NCBI GenBank assembly: GCA_965655095.1
Contig: OZ296654.1
Span: 83,142,001 to 83,206,000 of the forward strand
DNA from: Haplodiscus bocki
Taxonomy: Eukaryota
Direction: 5' to 3'
Length of the DNA stretch: 64,000 nucleotides
The position numbers and the translations under genes were made by a program. Position 1 is the first letter of the stretch; each line of letters begins with the position of its first letter. The notes beneath the pieces are model-generated. The model searched no databases. It was given only the letters and a program-made list of their open reading frames with translations, and was not told where the DNA came from. Of this stretch, positions 12,573 to 25,300 are shown piece after piece.

Positions 12573-15199
12573 ATATCAACTACTGATGACTAGCTTCAAA
12601 CAAAAAACCAATTGATTGAGTTGAAAGGTCGAATACAAGAAAGGGATGGTTTTGGATGATAGATTATTGCAAAAAAAGGGGTCGGCCTTTCCGCCGTCGG
12701 AAAATTTAAGCGGTTTTTTAATCTGGTGGAAAAAAGTAACTATCTTCAGGAAATGAGGCAGTATAAGTGACTCTTTCGTTGGATAATCGAGGGTTCGTCG
12801 CATCATTCAACAGAAACATTAAGAATATATTTATCCGAATTGAGATACTTTTCACAGACTATAATAAAGTAAATTCAAGTATGAAACCAGTAGATAATTT
12901 TCAGTTCCAAGCATCTACAATTTGGAGAAGACAGGAGAAAGGGACTTAAGACCCCTGTATTACTCCTGCTCTGTAGATAAATTGAAACAAATGAATTACA
13001 AAAATGTGTTTATTTGTTGAGCAAATACTCTATTGCTATTTTTCTAAGTTTTACACCGTTTCGTCCTAGAAAGTTGTACCTTTCAAAAATTTGCCCTTTC
13101 AAAGAGCTGGCAGTGCAGCGGTAATTCAATTAATCAAATCAACGTAAAAGTGAAAAGATGGATTTTAGAAAAAAAAGATTTTTTCCAAAAAAAAACAAAT
13201 TCAGAAAAAAGCTGTAAAAATGAATTTTTGAACATGAAGGAGAAAGTATTTGGCTTTTTGTTGGATTTTCCCAACCCCCTTAGGAGGACACCCCGCTCGC
13301 TAAGAATTTGAACTAATGGAATAAATTCTCAAAAGTCACTTTTTCATGTACCTCAGGAATAGACCAGTTTAAATTGGCTTTGCAAACTGAAAAACAAGAC
13401 ATGTCGCCGCTGATAAACAACTGCACTTTACTTGACGACAAAATTCATACCTAACAAATGATTTGAAAGATTTAAAAAGAAAAGTGGTCATAACTAAAAA
13501 GGTGCTACTTTTGATCCCGCAGTTGCAGATAAAAAAGGGAACGAATTGACGAGCAGCAGAACCGCAGCAAACGAGCACAAGCCATGCACTCTTCAGCTTT
13601 CTATTCCCCGAAAGTCTTACTCAAGGGGAGCCAAGCCACAATGTCATCAAAATAGTAATCAAGAAAACACAAACAAAGAGATGCTTGTTAAAGTCGAATG
13701 TGTATGAGATGTTATAAAGAAGATATCAATTAGATATAAATATTGATGATTTATTAATAGATTTCTTTTCCATAACAAAACCATGTCTTTTTCTAATACC
13801 CAGGAGCAAGTAGCTAAGATGCAAGAAAAATAATGGTACCATAAATTTTCAAAATCAAAATCTTCTCGGTGCTTTGACACAGCCTGATGGACAATACCAA
13901 AAGTAACTTGATTGAGTTCTGATAAACTTAAAGTATCAAAACCGCTTTTTGGTAAAATAGGCTCTGGTCGGGCTTAAACATCAAAGCAAAAGAATCATTT
14001 TTTTTTGAATTTGCATCTTGATACAGAAGCGAAGCGCAGGCTTCGCTCCACGTGCTGACCAAAATCCCACATCGAAATCACGACTTTTAAAATAATATAT
14101 ATTGAAGTAAGTGAAAAACTCGAAGATCCGGAAAGTCATTTGATACAACTATTGATATGATAGGAACGTAATTGACACTTTCAGAATTAGGAGACCAGCT
14201 ATCACTCAGCTAACCTTTATTTGAAAAAAGTCTGTAGTAAAGTGCTAATTCTAATTTAACGTCTTATCTTCTAATATCAGCCAATTCAAGAGTTCATTTT
14301 ATTGAAAATTCACAGTTGCTGCATCTCAAAAATATCAAGTACCTGCCAAAGGTCTCAATAGTGTAATTTTTGAGTGCTTCAAAAACGTCCATAGACTGTT
14401 TGACGACTAAAAGAATGCAAGTTCTCGACGAGGGAAAAGACAGGCGCCCCAAGGTGCGAAGAGACTCACTTTTGGTTCACAAACTCGACCCGACCAAACA
14501 AACGAAAAATTTGTTTAATTCACAGCATCACCGGATATGAATCGATGCAACAAAAGGGATATGTCATTGAGGCGGAATTCAGCTCAGCCTACAAGCCTTG
14601 TGAATGAGAACTAATTTCCGAAAGTCATCAATAAAACTTGCAATTTCCAGGATAAAAATTGACTAAGTTGCATTGGATAACATGAGGATGCATCGCAAGA
14701 GGAAGTAATTATGAACAATGCAACTTGGAAAGACAAACAACCATTTACTGACAACAAAAATTGAAGTAATGAAAAATTAAAGAACCCGCAGAATCCTAAT
14801 CTTCATGATCAGCACGTTCTGGCTCAGTACCATTGAAATGGAAACATTTGCAGGTAGAGAAGCTTGAAGACAAAACTTTACTTCTTTCGGGCAAAAAATT
14901 AACCCAAAACCTAACAAACAAGAACAATCAAAACTTTAGGATCCAAATCTGAAACAAGCGATGGAGTTCGATACTTCTAATTGAGAAAAAAAAAACATTA
15001 GAACTTGAGATGTTCAAAAAAATTGCACAAAATACAAAGAAATTTGGAATGACTGTTATTCTCCATAGCGAGATTTCTAGTTAAAATTTCACTACAAAAA
15101 TAGGCAAACTTTATTCTGCATTCATCATTGACCATTTCGCGACGAAAATCCAGTCTCACGCACTTATTCGCCTATGCAGCGCTTTTCTGTTTCTGAAAT

Positions 15200-15720
15200 T
15201 TTGTTCTTGAAGCCACAATAGATGGGCCAGATGGTTTCTCCCGAAGGTGGCTGGATACATTTTGGAGAGGCAGAGTATACAACGATGTAATGGGCTCCTT
15301 TAGAATCACCGAAGTATTTAAAATTTACGCTCATTCCTACCAAGAATTGCTGCCCGAAAACATCGAGCCGCAATATCACAGTCAACCTCCAGATAAGAAA
15401 AAGACTGTGGTTTTTTTGCAGGACAATGCACCTTCACATGTTGCGAGAACTTAGAAGTCATATCTTGCAAGTATTGGAGCAGTTGGTTTTCAGATATTAG
15501 AATGGCCACCTGCTTCACCACATGTCAATCCTATTGAAAACTTTTTAGGCATCATCAAACGGCAGGTTTACAAAGAAAAGCAATTAGATTTGGAAGACCA
15601 TCTGTGGGGAGCGATTCATCGTTTTAGCAAGGATATTGATGAAGCAACAATAACAAAACTTGCTTCATCCCTGGACGACGGATTGCTCAATCTGGACGTT
15701 GACGTTACAAAGATCTAATT
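15200..15720 (+). mobile_element. Tc1-like DD37E transposase pseudogene fragment
   Basis: ATIDGPDGF, QDNAPSH and WPPASPHVNPIEN. There are 37 codons between the second D (15422) and E (15536), one of them an in-frame stop. Confidence 0.85.
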
Positions 15721-15907
15721 CAATTGATTGGGATTTTCGAACTGTACAGTGCTCTCAAAAACACTCATTACTTCCTACAAGAAATACTTGCATAAAACGA
15801 GCAGTCTAATTTGGGAATTCAGGCTTTTGGTGCGAAAAAACTCTTCGGGCTTGTTATTTTGTAGTTTTTCTTTGTAGTCAGAAATTTGTCGCATTAGGAG
15901 CAGTTTT

Positions 15908-16250
15908 TCACAGAGGCAAAGCTGTGCTTCACACCACTTGTACCAACGAAATACTAGTGAACAAATCAACTAAATACAACTGACTTTGAAGGGGCCACGA
16001 TACTACGAATGCTATTGATAATGAGTGTACAGAAACTCACTTGATTCTGCTGAATTTATGTACAAGAGGAAAGCGCTATAACAATTCATTCTCTAGAGAG
16101 TTTAAATAAGAATACTGATTCTTAGGCAGGAATCACAGTCAGTAGAGAATGCAACTGCGGCGCAAAAGGTCCCAGGCTCGAGCCTAGGACAATTACTCCA
16201 CTTTTTGATCAAAGTTTTTGCGAGTTGTTAACGGATCGGGAAAAAATTCG
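15908..16250 (+). repeat. Interspersed repeat with an internal tRNA-like segment (copy 2)
   Basis: Colinear with 6871-7230; contains cagtcagtagag...aaggtcccaggctcgagcctaggaca. Confidence 0.7.
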
Positions 16251-16291
16251 AATTCGAAGACTGCGACAACACTCTTCTCAGATCTCGGTCG

Positions 16292-17124
16292 GTAAGGCTT
16301 TGAAAAGGTTTATTTGGTACCGAATATTTATATAAGACTTACTAAGGAGACTGTGGTAGTTGAGAGAGAAATGAAAAATATCAAGACCCAACAAATTACG
16401 ATTTAAACAAATACTTAGATGTTCTAATATGGTTATCTCATGCGCTTCTCAAATAATACCAAAAAACATGTTAGGAATGTCAATGACATGACACAACCTG
16501 TCTTCGAAAAATTTTTCCCGCTAGTTGAGAAGAGTCGCCTTATGAGTTCCAATCTTAGGTTCCTCCCACGAACAGTATCCTGCTTGTTATTTTGCCAAAC
16601 CATCTCTAGGTTGTCTGGGCCCAAAATCTTTCAACACATTGGCGGTGTAACTGGGTGTCATCGAATAAAGCCCATTAAGCATTTGTGTCTTGCAGCTGAA
16701 TTCAAAAATACATGATGCCGAAGTTTTGCAAACTTGACGATAAGTCAGCCTCCGTGCTCTTACTACACGTTAGATCTTGTAGAAGCAAAATAACTTCTTT
16801 TGGACGTCTCACCATCGATTTTTTTTAACTTCTCTCAAATTCTTCTTTTGACTCGGATGCTTGAATTCGTTTTTACGCTAACGATGAGCGATCCCACTGA
16901 AGTGGCACCATGTAAGAACTAGAGCAGTAAGGCTTTGCAAATATTTATTTGGTACCATATCTTAATTAAAACTTTCTACCGGTGACTGCTAGTTTAGAGG
17001 GAAGTGAATAAAATATCAAGACCAAAAAATAAATTGTTTAACAAATATTTTGATGTTCTAATAGGTATCTCATGCGCTTCTTGAATAATTTCAAAGTTCA
17101 TGTCAGGAATGTCAATGACATGAC
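16292..17124 (-). mobile_element. Deleted LTR retroelement remnant (TRIM-like, possibly BEL/Pao-derived)
   Basis: Two diverged ~200-bp direct repeats (16292-16493, 16911-17124). The right copy is TG...CA bounded and is followed on the minus strand by a PBS-like TGGTGCCAC at 16910. Confidence 0.55.
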
Positions 17125-17399
17125 AACTTGCTTGCGCAAAAGTAATCATATTCTAACACGAGGTTATCGCTAAATTTCCCCTTGCATAAAAAAAGCGAAC
17201 AAATGGAATATGAGCAGAAGTAAAAACATGCGAAGGCCAGCGAAACTCATGAGTAGGTTGTGAAAGTCTATCGTTCTCTACAACTGTGGACGTAATTAAC
17301 TTTCCTAAGAAGTGAGATGAAAGAACATAAATAAGACACTATCAACAAAAAAAAACATAGCTACCTAAAGGCGGACGGGTCGCAAAATATCGTACGAAA

Positions 17400-19450
17400 A
17401 AGCGTAAAACAACCGAGTAAAACTAAAATTTTCCGAAGTCCCAAAAACTAATTTTGAAAGTGATCAAGAAGCAATCATTCTCTTCCGATCAATAGCACCA
17501 GACAAAGCTTCGCTGTTGAATCATTCGCCGTTGTTGTTCATTTCCAAAATTATCAGCAAATTATGGAACGTCATAACAAAAACTACACCGCATATTTACA
17601 GCTTTTTCAACGTTTTGGTCAAAAACTGCAAGACTTTCCGATGACGCAAAAATGTTAAGTTTTAAGCAAGAATAAAATACCTGAAACATATTGATTCCGA
17701 AACACAACAAAATTTCTCATTCCAGCATGTCTTCTAAAATAAGACTTGCCATTCTTCACATACAGCAAACCACAAAACTATTGAAAATTAAAATTTCAAG
17801 CATCAAAGTTTTTGTAATTGCCCGTGAAGTCTTGAATTGAATGTTTATGGTTACTTAGCTTTTCATTAAAAGGCTGTACCAGTAGTCTTTCAGTAGAATA
17901 AAACCCAGAAAGGTAACAAGTAAAGTGATTTGTATCGAACCGATAAAAAAAGCGAAGCATTTTGAAAAAATTTGAAAGCTGCAATTCTAGTGAATTTATT
18001 ATAGGCTTGAGAAGGCCAATTAAAAACATCATTAGAGCTAAGAAAAGCTCTTGTATTGAACAATTGATGTTTCCGAGAGATTGTCAATTCACATTTTGCA
18101 AAGTCTAACTTTGCAGACGAGTGTGAAAATAGAAAACAGACGCATATTCAAAAATATACTAACTACCTCAGTTTGAGTGCAGAAAGGCATGGGCAAGGAT
18201 GCTCAAAATATGAATTATTATCAAGGTTAGTTGATGGATAAGGATCAATCCTCTACATTCAGCACGATTAGGATACAGTAGTCTTTGGTAAAGTTCAGAA
18301 TTTTGCGTCGCTATAAAAGTATTGAACAAGGTTGATAATCGGAAGTTGCTAAAAATCATTTTGTTGAATTTGGTTAATGAAATAGTAACGAAGTTAGGTA
18401 AATGGAATGTAAAAATGTATACGCCGTTATATTAATTTGAACCGATTTCCATAATGGTTCTGCTAATCCTGATTGATTGCAGACTGCTACAGCCTATTTT
18501 AACGTCGAAAACGATATTCTGATATTTATGATATTCCTGTTAATTTCTATTCAATCGAATAGAATCCACTATCACTCCAAAATGTTGCCACAACAAACTC
18601 CAGTATAAAACCTGCGGTATCTAATTGACCTATCAACGTTCCAAAAAAAAAATCGGAAAAGTTTATAATCGTTAACCGATATAAATTGATCCAGGCGTTG
18701 GGCATATTTCAGACTCTTCAATTCGACCAATATTACAGCTGTGAAAAAAAATTCGTCGTCCAATACATCTAAGAAACTTATTCAAATGGAGCTGAAACAA
18801 TGTTTGGAAAAATAGTCAAATGCTTTTATTCCAAGAATTATGCTGAAACTAACAAGGTGCAAAATGGCACCAAACGTTCATTAGGAATTTGATGTAGTAA
18901 ATCACATTGCAATAAGCTGTATCTTCTGCTTAGTGACTAAATTACAACTCTCTCTCTCTCTCTTCTTTCGAGTATTGAAAACATACTTGAGAAATATTAT
19001 GAGGATGCCACGTCAATGATTTCGTCATTGAAAACCTCGCGCATGCTGATGTACTGACTGATCTTTCCCAACAAAAAGCAAAAACAATATCACTAAAGCG
19101 GAGCAAAACATATTTTGAGGAGGTCAAAAACTATCTGCGAGTGCACGCGTTCCAATTGGCGGACACTTGTTTCAGAGGACGGGCATTACTTCAAGATCTG
19201 CCTTAAAACTGAACAATGACAAATTTACGAGAAGTGAAAACTTTTTGAAAACAACCTGCCATCAGACTAAGTATCGAAAACCACCCACAACAGAAATGGG
19301 TAGACCATGAAAAAAACACCACTTTGACAAGTTTAACAGTAGCGTGAGAGCAATTAAAGCATCTGAGCAACGAACTAAGATGGTCCGTTTTTTATGGTCC
19401 ACATATTAGGTGTCCCAAAAAAACGTTAATGCAAAAAAAATCTCGTTCTT
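17400..19450 (+). pseudogene. Possible very old LINE ORF2 remnants
   Basis: Only scattered degenerate motifs (IISKL near 17550; NLAHADVLT near 19030). Confidence 0.3.
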
Positions 19451-20119
19451 AAAAAGGTTGATAATAAACACTACATAAAAACAGCTTCAGAGTTCCCTTG
19501 ATTAGAACACGTTCGGGCTGTAAATTGGTTAGCATGGCCCTTAGAGGCCTTCAGAATTCAAACCCAACCCGAAAATCGAGAAGGGCAGTAATAAATCAAA
19601 AACTGCCGAATTTACGGCAGTTGAAAGATACTTACGGTTTGAGTATTTGTCACATTGCTGCCAGTTTACGCATTATTTACGTCCCTCGATTGTTTGCGCT
19701 CAATGCTTGCACAACTATGACTTTCATCTCTGAATTTGGGAATTCGATCATGTGTATGTACGGAGCATTCCTTCTTAAAACAGGTTCATCAAAAGTTTGG
19801 GTAAAAACGAATGAATTTTGATATCAACTACAGTCAAGAAGATGGGAGTAAACGTTTTCGAAATCAGTTTTTTCACACAACACCTGAAACTGGAGGTAAA
19901 CACAGCAACGCAGTTTTGCGCGCTCTTCGGATAGACGAGACATTTGTTTTAAAGTGTAAAATACAAATTGTCAACTTCTGATATAGCAGCAATACAACAA
20001 AATTGTTCCGATAAACTTCTCAAACAGCTTCCCTTTGTTCAGTGTATTCAGTGGAGGTGATCTAAAACGGTTGAATGCTCGATCAGAAGGCATAGATCTG
20101 TGACAATCTTCGTTCCGTA

Positions 20120-21733
20120 TGTGTATATTAAATATATTATATCAAAAGGATTTAGGGTCCAGGGGTTTGGTAAGAACACGTTCGTATGCATGTTCTTTTA
20201 CTAATGCAGTGGTAGATCGAGTTTTTTCAGTTTCTTTGTTTCTTTACAAGTGCTGCAGTCACATAATATTCGCCAGGTGCAAGGGTTGGTTTCGCTGTGG
20301 ATTTGCCGGGAAAGGGCTTTGTAGACTTGGAAAAGTTTGTTTTTGTGGTTCGGATTGAAGAGGAAGTCTTCTTTGAAAGGCGTTGAAGAGGTTGGCTAGC
20401 TGGCAGGCTCGGAATCAGAAGTCGAATACACATTTTGAGTCTCATGGGTCTGGCGAACTTGCGAGTTTGTGAATTTCTTGTGCCTTCATAGTCCAACCTC
20501 TAACAAATATTTCGTCCAGTCTATGTCGATGTAACCGTTCATGATTTTGGTAAGTAACACGATTACGTGGATTTCTTGGTATACATAGAGGTGAAATATC
20601 CAGGGTAACCAAACTCTCCTTGTAAGTGAGGCCGTTTGGTCCAAGTATCCACGTCAAGTCTTTCAGCTGCACATTTTCCCTTACTCTTAGATCTCCTTTG
20701 TTGGGCAGCCATTAGGCCGATGTGTACCTGACGCCTGGAACAACCTAAGAGACATACGCATTGTTTTGATTGACAAAAAAAGCCTTTGATGTTTCGATTG
20801 AAAGTGTAAAGGGCTTTGATAGATGTTTCTGTTCCTTTCTTAGCATGAGGTGATCTTATTTGGTTTTCAGAAAAAGGAACTCCAAGGTCTTTCATTGTAT
20901 CAGCTTTTTCGAACGAGTATTTGGTCAAAGAAACTGTAGCGCAGCCTTTCATTGCAACATATTTGGTTTTCGCAAAGTCTGTTGACACCAAGTTGTCAGA
21001 ACACCACTCGTGAATTCGTCTGACATTGATATTCAAAAGAAACCATTTATCTACAATGACTTTGAGGTCATCTGCATAGGCGAAATTGGTTGGCGTTATG
21101 ATATCGAGCGACTGGTTTATGTTGACGAGGAGGAAAGGAGGGCCGAGCAAGGATCCATGTGCGACACCATTCATTACTGGTAATTCACTTGATTTTTGAT
21201 TTTCAACTTTGGCGTTTCGTCTCCTTTGTTCTAGGAAGCTCTTTGTTAGGTTGAGCAATTGCGTCCAATACCATGTTTTGAGATTTTTTGAAGAAGTCAT
21301 TGTTGGGAAACTTTCGTCAGGGGCTTTATGGAAGTCGAGTAAGAAGGCATTTATTTTTGAGCAGTTTGGTGAATGAACTTGAGTTTATGGATGGTGAAAG
21401 AATTCGATGAGATTTGAGATAGTTGATCTCTTTGGTCTGAAACTATGCTACTTCGGCGACAGCTCTGAGTAGATGACTGGCGATTTTTTGTCAAAATTTA
21501 GTTCTTGTAGCGATTTGGAGACCGCAGATGGAAAGCTAGCGGGCCTGTAAGATGATGCGTTTTGTTTATCACCTTCACTGAAATGGGAACTAAAACACTC
21601 ACTTTCCGTTTCCCCAGAAAAATAGATTTGTAGTCGATAAGACTGAGAATCATGCTCAGGTACATTGGTAACGATTCAGCGAGGTTCTTGAGGAGCCCAT
21701 TGCTGATATTGTTGGGGCCGAGCGCCAACAATG
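20120..21733 (-). mobile_element. LINE 3' half (RT domain), split from its 5' half by Maverick 1
   Basis: ALGPNNISN, NGVAHGSLLGP, FAYADDLKV, MKDLGV; frameshifted. Confidence 0.9.
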
Positions 21734-22290
21734 AGGGTGAAGACCCTCATGCAATAAGGTAGGCTATAGCGAGTCGACTCGATCCGAGAGCCGAGAAGGG
21801 TCGTCACCCATAGCCGAGAGCTCTCGGCTGACGTAATGTTCGACTCGGGTGACGTAATGCCGGATTCTGTTTCGCTGATGACTCGGGTGACGTAATACTC
21901 GATTCTGATTGGCTGCCGAGAGCTGAGGGTTCTCTGGTGTTCGATTCTGATTGGCTGCCGAGACGAGTCGTGTCGGTTCAGTGTATTGAGATATAAACCC
22001 GGGAGGCCACTCAATGTATTAAGATAAGTAATGTAAGTTTTAAGATAGGATGCATGTCCTAAGATACGCAATAGTAGTCGGTAATGTATCAGCATAAAGT
22101 ATAGTTCGTTCCAATGTATAAAGATATGGAATGACTCATATTTGGCACTTTGAGACTATTTCGAAAAAAAAATTGAACTGATTTTTTCTTGCAGGCCCGC
22201 CCTCCCGCGCGGATAATTATTACGCCTGCGGCTAATTTATTACGTGTGCAGATACTGATATGACTTAATGCTATGTTAAAAGATTGTGTA
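21734..22290 (+). repeat. Maverick 1 left TIR (outermost ~30 bp lost)
   Basis: Reverse complement of 40583-41135, e.g. aagaccctcatg...gatccgagagccgagaag...ttcttgcaggcccgcc. Confidence 0.95.
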
Positions 22291-22353
22291 ATAGTTTAAA
22301 AAAGTTAACTAGAATGTATAAAAATGAACAAACATTTAAAACTGTTATCAACT

Positions 22354-25300
22354 TTACAAGTGTAAGGATTTTGTGTGTATTCCATCTTCTTCTTCTATTG
22401 GTTTTGGATAAAAGCAAGACAATGATTCCTTTGTTTGCTCATACGTAGCAACTCTATGCTGAATTGTTGGGAATCCTCTTTTAGTTGAAGTAACGTTGAC
22501 TGCCTCGTAAAACGTTCTGCGATAATTTGACAAAGGTCCATCTCCACAGTCTTCTAGAGTTTTTTTATTGAGTCCAATGCTACTGAATTTGTACTTGTTA
22601 TTCTATCGATCGTAGCAACAATAGGTTTTGCTACACAAGCAACATTTCTGCACATCTAAATTCTTCTTTAAATAGTCCCAGCTCTTTCTTATCAAGTTTC
22701 TTTTGGGCATTACAGCAAGTTCTCGGGAACAAATTGTCGGTTGCATTTGCAGTAAAGTTATCACCGCAGTCTTTAGATTGTAACTGTTTCCCTTCAGCTC
22801 GTTTTTTGGGAAGAATAACGTCCTCCAAGTTTTCCTCGGACAAAGCTAAGTCAAGGGAGTCGGTATCCATTCCAAGTTCTTCATACCTGTCAGTGTCAAG
22901 GAAAAATTTTTGAAGAAGATATACGTTAGTTCCAACATTCTCAGTTTTGCGTAATGTAAGACAAAGAATCTCACAATGTTCTTCATGCTCAATTTCTGAT
23001 TTGACAAGTTCCTCGAAAGTAATTAGACTGCATGCAATATTACACAATGCTGCTGGAGCAGTTCGATCACATAGTGGTAAAAGACCACGTTACTGCTTTA
23101 TAATTGGACGAGGACCAAATTTTTGCTTGCTTGGTCACGTGACTGGACTACTCTTTTGACTTTACGTAAAACTCTTTTTTCCCTCCATTTTCATCTCTGT
23201 CGACTTTTGAAGCAGTATCTCTTTTTTTGTACTAGATATAGAGCTAACTGAGAAAAACATAATTAAGGAACTGAGACTTTTTATTGATGCTTTTGTACAA
23301 GGAGTTTCTTTATGTCCACCAAAGACTATTAAACTCAATAAAAAGACGACATGGAACACAAGTCGTCTGTCTGGAATTGCGTGGAGTAGTGGAAAGCTGG
23401 ATTATGATAAGCTGTTTGCTGTTTTTTACGACCTGAAAGTAATAAATGCAGAAATGTTTGTTGAAAGACTCGAAATGTGTAGAATTTTGACCAGACTTAT
23501 TGGACGAGATGCAGAAAATTTGGATGACTATGGTTGCCCAAAAATTCAACATCTTGTCAAAACGAGCAGTTCATGGATCTGCTCTAGTTACCCTTTTCAA
23601 CACAAAACAAAGCTTCACTGTGCCAAGAGGAAAGCAAAGGTGTATGGAGACAGAGCTATGCAACATTTGTAATTTTTGTACATGTTTATTGAATTTGTGT
23701 TTACTACTAATTTAACTCTTTCAACTGGACGTGATTTTTTTCCATAGCATTCAATTTGAGAAATTGAGCTTACGAAACAGATGACTGAAATAAAAGACAA
23801 AATTATTCTAGATAAACTTGTCCTTGACGACAACAATCAAGAGAGGAATTTTTGGGCCTGTTTAGGGCAAATCTGTTCCAGATCGCTGATTGTGTTTCTG
23901 TCCCAACTTTTTGTCATTTTGTTGATCATCTTTGGATGCTTTTGGAGAATTTACCAGTCAAAGACTTGTGACGAATCAACTGTTTGGGTTTGAATTTTGT
24001 GTAGTGCGTCAGGATACACTTTACCCTCACCAAAGTTGAAAACAAGTTAATTTCTACAAAAAATCGAGTCTCTATTTCATTGGTTGGTCCTTCCAAAACT
24101 GGAAAATCGCAGTTGATTTACAATTGGCTAAAAAATGGAATATTTCAACCAAAGTTTGACAAATTTACAATTTTTATCAACATGCCCAACCTCTTTACAA
24201 TGTTATGCAAAAGTAACTTAAAAATCTCGAGTTTTTGCAAGGAGTAAACTTTGAATCTTTGAATTTATTGATTCGCTGAAAAACAAGGTTACAAAGTACT
24301 TGTTAATTTTTGACGATTCGTGTGAAGAGATTTGCAATTCAAAAGCCTCTGTTGACATTGTCACTGCTGGAAGACATCGGTGTCTGAGCAGAATCTACAT
24401 TAAACACAACCTTTTTCACCAGAGCAAACTAGGAAGAGGCGGTGAGTTACAAAACACTCACTTTGTTTTCTTCAAATCTCCCCGTGACGTAATCCAAGTA
24501 ATTTCCCATGGCGCACAGTTGGGCCTTGCTTCAGAGCTAGTTGACTGGTATCGATATGCAACGTCTGTTCCCTTTGGTCATTTATTGATTGATTTGTTGC
24601 CGCGGACAGACGATAGATTACGTTATTGCACAGACAGTGGTTCTCTTCCGTCAAAATTTTTTATTCGCGATTGTTTAAACCGTTTAAGGACTTTGGACGA
24701 TGAACACACAAAATGTCTCCACTCTCTGTTTCAATTGCTTTCCCGCAAATTCAAAAGTCACTTTCTTCATCCTTGCCTAGTAGTTTCATAGTCTTCGCAA
24801 CAACACTCGAATTTGAATTTTTATCTCCTTGTCGTCGCGCATCCACGGCAGACTGTACCAAAATGTCAAAACACTTTCTGGAGGTGTATTGAACAAACTG
24901 GCGAGACTTTTTACAAACTAGGCCAAGTTGCAATTAAAACAAAAGCAAAGGAGCTAGACTAGTGCCATTTTTTAAAATAAAGCTTGATCTGAGCATTCTT
25001 CTAGGCTGAACCATAATATTTTCTTTTTCTGCGTACTGTTTTATCAGAATACCAGTATCATCCCTACTCAGAGCAGTATTTTTGAATATGGGAGGAAAGT
25101 TGGAAAAATAGTCGCGCAAGTGTTCAGGCACTTCAATATCACATTGAACCTAACCAAAGAGCCGCCCATTGATAATTCCTTGCATAAGTACTTCTTCACT
25201 CAATGGACGAAAGGAAAGTTTAGACGGAAGTGGTTTTTGACTGATCCATAGAGACTCCACCACTGACAGTGCCACAATTCAACAATTTGGTAACCATCTT

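Noticed and set aside
21676-22095. ORFs of 139 aa (and 97 aa at 40806) with repeated SSRQPIRIE
   Set aside because: They arise from translating the repetitive TIR; no evidence of coding function.
24300-24791. Second functional ATPase gene
   Set aside because: It is part of the internal duplication and shares the same inactivating lesions.
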